Part shown: one piece after another, positions 1 to 11,900 of the stretch
How positions within the stretch are numbered: the first letter of the stretch is position 1
Layout: each line of letters opens with the position of its first letter
From: Octopus vulgaris
Lineage: Eukaryota
Length of the DNA stretch: 64,000 nucleotides
Direction of reading: 5' to 3'
NCBI GenBank assembly: GCA_951406725.2
Contig: OX597818.1
Coordinates: 23,560,001 to 23,624,000 of the forward strand
Notes under the pieces: model-generated
Databases searched by the model: none
What the model was told of the DNA's origin: nothing
Seen by the model: the letters and a program-made list of their open reading frames with translations, nothing else
Position numbers and translations under genes: made by a program

Positions 1-463
1 TCAAGCACACAAGTAGAATTACTCACAACTTCATGGTTGTATTCATAAATCTATATTAATTCACTAGTAGAGATACCCGGCGTTGCTCGGGATTAAGATT
101 ATACACACACACGTGCACACATAGTGTTGTCATTTCTATTCTTTTTGTTTTTTAACTGCTTGTTCAATCAAGCACACAAATAGAATTACTCACAACTTCA
201 TGGTTGTATTCATAAATCTATATTAATTCACTAGTAAAGATACCCGTCATTGCTTGGGATTAAGATTATACACACACACATGTGCACACATATTGTTGTC
301 ATTTCTATTCTTATTGTTTTTTAACTGCTTGTTCAATCAAGCACACAAATAGAATTACTCACAATTTCATGGTTGTATTCATAAATCTATATTAATTCAC
401 TAGTAGAGATACCCGGCGTTGCTCAGGATTAAGATTATACACACACACACATGTGCACACATA
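1..463 (-). repeat. Tandem repeat (~168-bp unit, at least 2.7 copies); each unit contains a Helitron-type 3' terminus on the minus strand
   Basis: Units start at 1, 168 and 337. Reverse complement of 63-95 reads TAATCCCGAGCAACGCCGGG-TATCTCTA-CTAG-T (GC hairpin, short spacer, CTAG). Confidence 0.75.
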
Positions 464-747
464 GGTACATACACACATACATACATATGCATTCACACAT
501 ATGTGCATGTGTACGTATATGTATATACGTGCATGTGTATATACATTTACCTTTATGTATTTTTTGTATGAGTGTATGGGGGTGTACACATACGTGTATA
601 GATATGTGTATGTGTAGGTATATATAAGTATATCCATATGTGGGTATGTATATGTAGGTGTGTACACAATATATATGTGTATACATATGCATGTGTATGT
701 ATATATATATATATATATGTATGTGTATGCACATTTTATTTCATTTG

Positions 748-786
<39 letters not shown>

Positions 787-937
787 CATGGTTGTGGGTT
801 TAAGAAGTTCACTTCACAAACACATTTTTATCCCCATCTCCTTGTAAATAGAGTAATGTTTCTGAAATTATAAAGATTCCAGAATTTGCTTTCATGTCAG
901 ATTCTTTGTACATTATCATTTAATTAATTGTTTTTAG

Positions 938-1076
938 GAAAATATTTACTGGACTGATCTCAGCAAACAAGCTTTATTGACTGCTAACAAAAATAATGGT
1001 TATGGTGTAACTACAATACTAACCAATGTGACTGGTATAACTGATTTGAAGGTTGTCCATCAATTAGCTCAAAGTA
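938..1076 (+). CDS. SORL1: SORL1 exon: last YWTD beta-propeller blade
   Basis: tttttag|GAA...AGT A|gtaagt; [46 protein letters not shown]. Confidence 0.9.
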
Positions 1077-4000
1077 GTAAGTATTGTTTTCTATTTTTCT
1101 CTAACATTTCTATTTCAGTAGTGTTTTTTGTGGCTTCTCCTACCCACATTCTGTCAACTTTGGTGACTGCCTCTCCCCCTTCCCCAAAGGTTTGCTTACT
1201 GTATGTCTTTTCTTTACATTAATGACCATTTACTATCACCTCTAATTTCACTCATGACTATGTGGTGGTGAAAATTAATTTTGGGAGTTTTTGTAGAAGC
1301 AACATTGAATGAAGAACTTGAAACACATTTTGCTTTATGAAATAGAGTAAATTAAAACTTAACCCTGAAAAATTTTTTTTTTTTCACTAATATTATGTAT
1401 ATTTTTTATTATTACTTTTACAGCTTCAAGTGCTTGTTCTTTCAAGAATGGGATGTGCTCACAGCTCTGTGTACCTCGACCTCATCATTTGCATATTGGA
1501 CACAACAATCGAACTTGTCTCTGTCAAAACCACATTGGACATATTCTAAAGCCTTCTGGAGATGAAGACTGTTATTGTCCTCCAGGGGAAACTTACCAAA
1601 ATGGAATTTGCAAACCAAACAACAGTAAATATGATATTCCCCCTTATCCAATCTCTTCTCTTCAGCTTTATTTTTCATTCATTATTCATTGTTATTCTTA
1701 TAGCTTTCACCTTGGATTGACCATTTTAGTTTTACTTCTGTAAAATCCTTCTTCCTTGTTTTCTATGTATTCCCACTTACCTCAACACGATGAGATAATA
1801 AGAACATCCTCTCAATGAAGGAAAAGGAATGAAATTAAAACAAATTGTAGATTAAATTACATGGTAACTTTTCAAAACTTTTAGAGCTCATTCTGATAGA
1901 CTGTGAAATTGATAAGAATTGTGAATAGAGTAACAGTGGTTAATACTGAAAAACTTGTACTTTAGTGTTGACAACAAAATTGTCAAAATTTTTGGATATA
2001 ACTCTACTGGCAGCTTCAAAACAATAGTAAGATTTTTTTTAAATATTCGTGGTTTCCATGAAGGATTATCCTTATGTTAGCTTATTTTTTAATCACCATA
2101 TATTTTTCTGAGTATTCACTGAATGAATTCATACATAGTTTTGTTAATACTTATCTTCCTATTTGTCAGATACTTGCGAACCGCATCAGTTTCAGTGTCA
2201 CAACAGCCAATGTGTCGCAGCTGCTGTGAAATGTGACCACGATCCTGATTGTGTTGATGGCAGTGATGAACTTAACTGTGGTTAGTATTACCAATATACT
2301 AGCATTATTTAATTGATCATGTAGTGTTTATATATATACAATGTTTATTCACACCATTTGTAAACAGTGTGTTTCCTTAAGAGCAATATTCTATTACTAA
2401 TATCATTTACTTTTTGTCTTGGCTATATTTTCATCACCAACAGCATCACTATCATCTGATTCACCCTTTTTTTTTTCTTGGAATAGAAATTCTTGATACT
2501 TTACTATTTACTTAGCTTCATGTCATTACTAATTAAGTAAATGAAATTACAGGATATAACTATTTTTCACTTTGTCACCCACACTACTCCACATCATGCA
2601 TTTAAACTATTGTTCCTTTGCCATTCAGGCTAATATTTCACTGCATTCATTCTTATACACACTGCCCAGTGTTGAGTTTCTACACATACCAATGTTGCAG
2701 ACTGAGTATAGCAATTTTCCTGAAACTATCGAACTAAGAAAACTCTTTCAAATAACTACTCCATTAATCTTGTCTTTCAACTTTCAAACTTGCCAATACA
2801 CTCCAACCACTGACCCACAAATATGCTGTCTCTTCACTCTGCCTTGCCTACCACTACTGCTGTGGCCTCTGCACCTTGGACCTGCCTTGTTCCATAACAT
2901 TTTCAGTCAGACACTCCCATCTTGCTTATGACTCCTTTTCTCTTTACTTGTATTGTGTATTCATCTCCCATTGGCCCAACAGTAACTACTTTGTTCTGTC
3001 CTTCCTTCTCAAAACATCTGGAATTCCCTACCTGCATATCTTCTTTGTAGTTAACAACTCTTCCAAGAGCAACATTAACGGCATCAATCCCACCAATCTC
3101 AGATGCAACCTCTTCATCCAGACTAAACCAATTAAAAACAAAAAAAGCTTACCATACTTCAGATTAACATTTTATTGGCTTCAGGACTCATGAAAAGACA
3201 AGCAAGTTAATACTGGAATCTTGGAAGATATCCATGTAACTTCCTTGCCTTGTTTAAAGTTTTCTGAACCAGAACTCACACTCCATTCAATCATTTCTAG
3301 CTTTCTTTTGTCCTGCAAACTATAGAATCTTCAGGAAAGCAATTTATTAGTTCTCTGATATTACACATTATCTTTTTCTTTAGCATGAGACCAGTTTTAT
3401 AAATGATGTGGATGTAATCAAACGATTCAACCTCTAGTATTATGCCATTACTTATTTTACATCCTGAAACTTTAAATTAAGAATTCCAAACCTAAAAGCA
3501 CATTCCTCTCAGACATCTACTCTGCCAATTCTTGTAAATATGTTAGTATGATTTAATTGCTGGGTGTTCACTTAAAAGCTAAGTTTTTGTTTCTTTCACA
3601 TATGGTGTATTTAAAATACTCTAAATACATTTAAGTTTTTGTTTGAGGTTTATGTTGTAATGTATCTAAGATATAGTTGCAATTTGACTAATAGTTGACA
3701 ATTTTTTTTCAACTGTATTACATTTATCTCAAAATCAATTAAAATCTGTCTTGGATTTGCAAAAGAAAATATTTTAGTGAATGTTGTAAAAATATTAAGA
3801 TGGTAATTATCATACATTAAATGAAATAACATAATATCTTGGTGCACCTTATTACTGTTACACATTAATTTTTTTTTGTCTCAGAATGAAAATATTTGCT
3901 ACTTCTATCTCACAGTTTCTGTGATTAATATTAGATAAGGTTTCCAACTTATTCCAATAATTTGTGTATTCCATTTGCAAGACAAATACTACTGCTTATT

Positions 4001-5934
4001 GAGAATACTCAAAAAAAAAAAATTTAAATTAAAAAAAATAGACTGTAAAGAAACTGAATAAGTCAGCTTTGTTGTAGCTCTAATCATAGTTATTACTATT
4101 ACAAAAGATAGATCCAGTTAGTCTCTTAAATGACACTAGCACAAAAAGAAAAAAGAGATTTCATGATGCAAATAAACTGGAGATGATATTAGGTGATGAT
4201 AGTTTTTATTATTGATCTCTTCTAACCAATCAAAGAAGAGGGGAATAGGTTATAATCATTTACTTTGTAATCATATATGGAACAGAAAGCTTGTAGATAA
4301 TATCTAATTAAAATGGATATGTTCCATAATGTAAGTAAAATTATATTTCTTTGTTTCTTAGACTTTTTTTTAATTTCATAATGAACATTCAGTTCCCTTA
4401 TACAAACAAACCTTTCCTTTTTCTTTTCTGTTTTGTACTTTGTTTTTTTTTCCCCCTCCTGTTTCTGATCAGCGTATTTAGATTGCATGAACTGCAAAGC
4501 TCCTCAGAAATAATTAATCGCACTTGACTGCAACTGAATGGTTTGTTATCACCCAGTGTAGCTATCACATTCTCATTTCACTGAGATTTTACATCATACC
4601 AGCTCCTATCAGCTGCTCTATGTTAGTTTTGTTTCCCTGCAGAATATCATCCATGTTCTGAAGGTAACTTCCGTTGTCCTAACATGCAATGCATCCCACA
4701 CCACTGGCTCTGTAACCATGAAAATGACTGCAGTGATGGCTCTGATGAGAAAAATTGCAGTGAGTATTTCTGTCTCATCTTCCTTAAATATTCCTGCGAT
4801 TTTATTTTTTATTTTATTTTTTGATATTTAAATATTTTTGTTACTATTTTATTTGTTTGTTGTTATTTTTTCTGAATTGATTAGCATAAAAAAAATAGAA
4901 ACACATACAGTATGCATTATTTACAACTCTTATTTTTGCATTAACATTCCATTGTGGCATGGGAATAATAACAAGGACAAAAATGTTGGATAAATTTGTA
5001 TTAGAAAAATTTTGGAAATCAACTTGAAATAATAGTAATAATCTGTTCTACTATAGAGGCAGAAGGCCTGAACTTTAGGGGTTGAAGCCAGTCAATTACA
5101 TCAACACCAGTGCTCAACAAGCACTATTTTATTGACTGCTAAGGGATGAAAAGTGAAGTTGAATGATTTAGTCATATAGCCAGCAGTTTTGAAGGAAAGA
5201 AAGCAGTTGATTATATCAACCCAAGTATTTGTTTGGTAGTTTATTTTCTCAACTGGAATTCAAACTCAGAATTTATATGACTAAAACTAAATACTGCAAA
5301 AGCACGGGTCTAACGCTCTAACGATTCTACCACTCCCTGCCCTTTATTATAATAATAATAATAATAATAATTTCAAGTTTTGCCACAAGGGCAACCATTT
5401 TGGGGGAGGTGATGAGTTGATTACATCAACCCCAGTATTTCACTGGTACTTAATTTATCAACCCCGAAAGGATGAAAGGCAAAGTCAACCTCAATGGAAT
5501 TTGAACTATAATAATAATAATAATTTTTAAAATAATGATAACAGTAATAATGAAATTTAGGCATAATTATGTAGGAATAGAAATGCTTCAACTGAAGCAA
5601 AATTATTTGCTGCTAGCAGGAGTGTTCTTCCATTCGTAACATATAAAAGTTAATATTTTCTCAATCCTTCAATATTTAGTTGTAAACCAAAGATATTAAA
5701 CTGGGTAGGTGTTTGAAATCACACTGTCTGATAAATTGCTTGACAGCCAAATAATAACAATTAGTTAAAGATATGGTTAGTATTGACATGATTCTTAATA
5801 CATTTTATTCTATTATAATCATAACTAATAGAAATTAGATGTCTAAATATTTGAGATAAATTGCTAAGATTATAATTTTTTTTAGGCTATTAACCCACTT
5901 ATCATTAAGTATCTAGTTCCTATATATATATATG

Positions 5935-5967
<33 letters not shown>

Positions 5968-8900
5968 CATCATCCGTTTAACGTCCGCTTTAAACAACGA
6001 TGATGATGATGATATATATATATATATATAGATAGATAGGTAGATATACAGATATACATATATCATCATTATCGTTTAACATCTGTTTTTAATGCTAGCA
6101 TGGGTTGGGCAGTTCGGCTGGGGTCTGGGAACCCAGGAGGCTGCACCAGGCTCCAGTCTGATCTGGCAGTGTTTCTACAGGTGGATGCCCTTCCTAATGC
6201 CAACCACTCTGTGAGTTTAGTGGGTGCTTTTTATGTGCCACTGGCATGGAAGCAAGTCAAGGCAGCGCTGGTATCGGCTATGTTCGGATGGTGCTTTTTT
6301 TACATGCCACTGGCACGGGGATCACAACTACAATTTCTATTTGATTTTCATTTTGATGTTGATGTACTTGACTCAATAGGTCTCTCCAAGCACAGCATGT
6401 TGCCCTACAATCCAAGATACTTTTGAATGAGCTGGGGCTGTAACACCAGATTTGATTAAAACTAAGAACCTATTATGTTGTGGATAAGAATGTTATTACC
6501 CCTTTAGTGTAGAATTAAAGGTTTCTAGTTTGAATCTAATTCAATACTATATATGTAAATAGTATGAAGATCAGAGGTCAATCTGATTGAAGTAGGGTGT
6601 AGATCTCAATATTTAAATTGTCTTATATATCTAATGATGGAATTAATAGTCCAAAAAATTATAACGGTTCTTTTGGTGTTTCACTCTTTAGCTGCAAAAT
6701 TAAATTTCATGGTTATTCCAGTAATGGTGTTAAATATCTACCAAAAAATAGGATTGGTATTTTTTATAAGTCATGCTCCCCAGTGCCGTTTGACTGGCAC
6801 ATGTGCTGGTGGCATATAAAAAGCACTATTCGAGTGTTGGGCCTCACAAAGGCAGTGACAGGTGACCAAGATCTTTGGCAATATACCATGCTTGTGTAGA
6901 CCTGTCAAGCCAGGTGAGACTGTAGTTGTGGTCATTGCCAGTGTCAAGTCAATGGCACCCATGCCAGTGGCATGTAAAAAGACACCCACTACACTCTTGG
7001 AGTGGCTGGCATTAGGAAGAGCATCTAGCCAAAGAAACCTTGCTAAATCAGATCAGAACCTGGTACAGCTCCCCGGCTTACCAATCAAACTGTCCAACCC
7101 ATGCCAGCTTGGAAAACGGATGTTAAATGATGATGTTGATGATGTTGCCTCAATAAACTTGATACATCTCAACAAAAAATAGTTTTAAATACAATATCAT
7201 TCCTCAATAGAAGATAGATTAGTATATAAAACTGCTTTCCACTATTAAGGGTAATGAAATTTTGAGTGGATATATCTGATTTCCACACTAAAAGGATGAA
7301 GTTAATCTCATTAAAAATATTGATAGGATTAATTTTTGATTTTTTCAAATGAAGCTCTAAAACACTTATTTCTGCAGGTCAGATTAAAGCACCAGATAGG
7401 GACAATTATTCATAAATTCCCTATTGATAACTAAACCAAAATAAATGGATAAAGTGGTCAATATAATCATAACAACTTTATTAACAATAAAGAAACAATG
7501 AGGTGTAAGCAATGTTGTTTGCAGCGATGTATGAGAAAAGCTCATTCATATGGTGTACATACAATCCTATTAAATAAGAGTCTTTAGTGTGAGAACAGAG
7601 ATAGAAATTGCTTAAATGAATGCAGGCAGTTTTTTTGAGAAGACCAGTGCTTGGTAGAAAGCTTGCACTATTTCATTTTCAAGCCCTTTCAACATCATCC
7701 ATGTATCAGTTGAATCTATTCAAATGAGCTCATACCTAAATATGAAAAAGAAACTTTCACTTCCATTTGCAATGTATAGACATAAGATTTATACACTTCT
7801 TTTTCAGTGGTTGAGAAAACAAAAGATTCTCTAAGATGCACTAATTTGACTCAACTCTCATTTGGATTCCAACACTGAATGTATGCTAACAATATATATT
7901 TTATGGAATATTTTAAAAGTTAAAGAATAATTTAATACTTTACTATAAAATTGAACTTGGAGGTGAGGTTAGACTAAACATTATCATGAGCCAGATCCAG
8001 TTCACTGCTCATTTGTTTGAGACTCCTACTTTCAAACATTTCAAGTGATTTCTTTCAAATTGTTGATTTAAAACATTAGTTATATTTGTTGTCCCCTATG
8101 TGCTGCTTTTCTCACCTATAGATATCAAGCTTTATTTCATCATGTAATAATTAAAGCTAGTAAAGAAAATCTTTCTTTTCAATTAAGGTAATAAATGAAT
8201 TTAGTAAGATGAATTATTGTAATCTATCTGAAATGAAACTCTACACTTAGTGAAGACATAATTGAATCAATTTGCCTAGATACTGATAATGTATCATTTA
8301 AGAGCTGTTTTCACTTTTCTTTTCTGACATTTTAGCTAATTCATGATTACATGTACCAACTTATGTAATGTTAACTTCCTTCTAGTCTGTTAATTTTCTT
8401 GATCTTTTTTTCTTCTTTGACATTAAAAATAACTCATCTCTAATAATGTTGGTCTGTTTCCCCTTCCATTTTCCAGCCTATCCACCTTGTTCTTCTGCTG
8501 AATTCACTTGCAATAATGGCCGCTGCATTCCTTTGAATTGGACTTGTGACTTTGATGATGACTGCCATGATTATTCTGATGAAGCTAACTGTGAAGATGG
8601 TAAGTTGTTTTGGAATAATTTTTTTCCTGACTTTATCTGTTTGCTAAATTACTTATGAAGTAAGATTTCTATGGGTTTTTAAAAATCCAAACAGAATAAT
8701 CTGGTACTGTAGACCAGATATTATTGACTACAAATTTTAGCACAAGGTCAGCAAGTTTGAGGAAGTGGGGAAGTTGATTACATCAACCCTGTTTCTCAAC
8801 TGGTGCTTATTTTTATTGACCCTGAAACAAAAAAAATTAAAGTCGACCTTGGCAGAATTTGAACTCAGACCATAAAGGTAGATGAAATGCCTCTTAGCAT

Positions 8901-11900
8901 TTTGCTCAGCATGCTAACAATTCTACTAGCTTACCAGGTATTATTGTATGTGACTTGGAAAGAAGAGAATGCTTCATAATAGAAACTACAATTCTTTCAG
9001 AAAAAACATTGCAAACAAAGAACTAGAAAAGATCTCAAAGTATGTTAAATTAAAAGTAGGAATATCAAGAATGTAGGGACACCCAGCTGTGTAATACGCA
9101 CCAGTGTTGCAAAATAAGTTTAATTACCAATAAACATCAACTTGGATGACACTTTACTCAACCGACAGAGGAAGGTGATTGATCAAACTGATTATGTAAA
9201 CAGAATTCTGGTTGGTCGAAAGTGTCCTCTTGTCTCAAGCTCTGATTTTCTGCCTATTCTTGTTGGAACCTTTGATATGGAGTATCGAAATTTTAATCCC
9301 TTTCGCACTTATAAAATGTCAAGCAAACTTAAAAATTTGTCATTACCATTTTAGCCGGAAGACCATACTGATAGTTTGGTAACCCGCTAAAATAAACATT
9401 AAAAATCAAAAGGAGAAAATAAACAGCTTTGCAAGTTTAACTCGGTGTTTATTGAACAAGGGAGGTGTGAAACTTAAGAAGCGACTTGTTAGAATATACA
9501 TGTCTGTGAGGAGACATAAACAAGAATAGCAAAAATCTACTATACCAAAAGAACTGGTAATACATACATTACAAGTGTTCTCTGAAGAGAACATAAAATT
9601 GCTGCATAATTCAGCATGAATGTGAAATGACATTAAACATTGTATAAGGTAAATGAAGGTTTCTGCAGGAACACCAAGTCATATTCACTTAGTGAGGATG
9701 AATTTTGACATCATTGGCATTAGATGCAGTAAGAGCTGGTAGCGGCAATGAATTTCATTGTCTTAATGCAGAGAAAGTAAGCAATAGTTTCCTGGAGGCA
9801 AATGCAAGCTAAACTTCTTAAATGGAGAAAAACTGATCTATTTAAGGAAATTGCTGGGCTCCATTGCAATAGGTAGAAACTCCAAGCTATGTAAAATTTG
9901 GCCCAGACCATGATTACTAGCATGAACATCAAACTTCAAAAAGTAGTTAACCATTTAATGGTTTTAGTAAATTTATACAGAAAAAGTAAGCATTATACCG
10001 TCCAGCATAAATAAAAGTCAACTTCATTATATTTTTTTTGTTAAAACTTATTCTGACATTAAATGAGTCAACTTCCTGTACAAATGTTTACATTTGTACA
10101 TCATTTTTCAAGAAAAAAAATTTCTAAAAAAGTTCTGGAAACAATCCAAAGTTTATTTTTGTTTTTGCAAACAAAAAGTTCGTAAATTACATGGGTTTTA
10201 TGGTAGTCTAAAAGTCTCTACTTCTAAATCATCTTAATACGAACTTGATAAAAAAGTAATGCACACTACATGTTTATAACCCATCTAATTGCTTTTAATG
10301 TGATATAAATATGTCAATATTTGATGCATGCAGGTTTCTATTTCTGCCTGTCTTTTCTAATGACATTTTTTTAAACACATTAGACTATAAATTTCATCAA
10401 AGCCATATTCTTTTTACCAAATTATTAGCAGCTGCTTTATGTTTGTTTTATTTCTCTACAGAATTTAACCAGTGTTCTGAAGGTAATTTCCATTGCCCTA
10501 ACATGCAGTGTATTCCAAGACATTGGATCTGTGATCATGAAAATGACTGCAGTGATGGTTCTGATGAGAAAAATTGCAGTGAGTATTTCTGTCTCATCTT
10601 CCTCAAATATTCATAACAGATTCCTTTTCTTCAAAATGTTTTTCATATTCTTTTTGTTTACCTTTTATCTTTTACTTGAGTCAATCATTGGACTGTGAAC
10701 CTACCTGTTGGGGCACCACCCAGAAGGGTCTGCTCAAACAAATCAACTCCAGGACTGAGTTTTAAGTCTGGTACTTATTCTATAAGTCTCTTTTGCCTAA
10801 CTGCTGTGGTATGAGGAGATAAACAAACCAACACCAGTCGTCAAGTGGTGGTGGTGTATGTGGAGGGGGGTATCTCTCACACACATGCACACGTAAGGTG
10901 TCATGTGGTGGAACTGAACCCAAAACCACATGGTTGCAAAGCAAGCTTCTAAACCACACAGCCATTACAATGTTAATTTTTAAAAATGATTTGTGTAAAA
11001 TAAATTGTATCTCACTACCATACAGGTATACAAGTATGCATGCATACACACAGTATTATAATTATACAGTTTGATTTAAAAGTGAATATTGTTATACTAT
11101 TTTCTCATTATGATATCAAACCAAGAATATACTAATCCTTTTCACTATCTAAAGTTTCATGCACTATTTTCATTTCCTTCTTCTAGCTTACCCGTCATGT
11201 TCTCCTAATGAATTCACATGTAAGAATGGCCGTTGTATTCTTTTGAATTGGACATGTGATTTTGATGACGATTGCCGTGATTACTCTGATGAAGCTAACT
11301 GTACAGATGGTAAGCCAATTTGAAAATCACCCTATCCAACTGCTAAATCAACTATGACATCATTTATATAGAACATTGATATTTTCAGTTTGAGCTCGTA
11401 TTTCCCCTCATTTTTTTATTTTCATATATTGCCTGATTAAAATATTAGCGTTTGATATGGATGGTGCACTATATGTTAGAACAATGGAATTTATCTTCCA
11501 TCTGTTGATAGCAGAGATTTCTTTGCTTAATTATTTAAAATCAATCCTCATGAGGATGATGGATTTAGTTATTGGTTGACCCACTATTTTTTGTATATAA
11601 AATTCTTTGTCTGTCTGTTCTCTATGCATTCTCAAATGGCTCAACCAAATCAAATCAAATTTTACAAGGTAATAAGTATGAGTGTAAACATCTAATTGAG
11701 TTTAATCACCTCATTGGTTCGCTGTTACCCACAAATGAACAAGCACAGTTCCTCCAAATTATGAGTGATGTAGGGCAACAAACCTGAAGAAGGTGTCAAA
11801 ACTTCAGACGATGGGTCGTGTTAGATGCAGCGCCAACTGCTGCAAAGAGTCTATCCACTGACAGCTTTTCGGTGTGTTCAAAAATCACATAACCCCCACC

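Noticed and set aside
1-463. Repeat array as a CRISPR-like locus
   Set aside because: Whole units repeat with no unique spacers; eukaryotic intron; no cas genes.
392-873. YI/CV/HT-rich ORFs here and at 50921, 54171, 55541, 57777, 58804, 62881-63166 and 63617
   Set aside because: Translations of (TA)n/(CA)n/(TG)n microsatellites, not genes.
4643-11309. Duplicated exons as a haplotype or assembly duplication
   Set aside because: ~16-18% exon divergence and non-homologous intron interiors (3.7 kb versus 0.6 kb) are too different for allelic copies.
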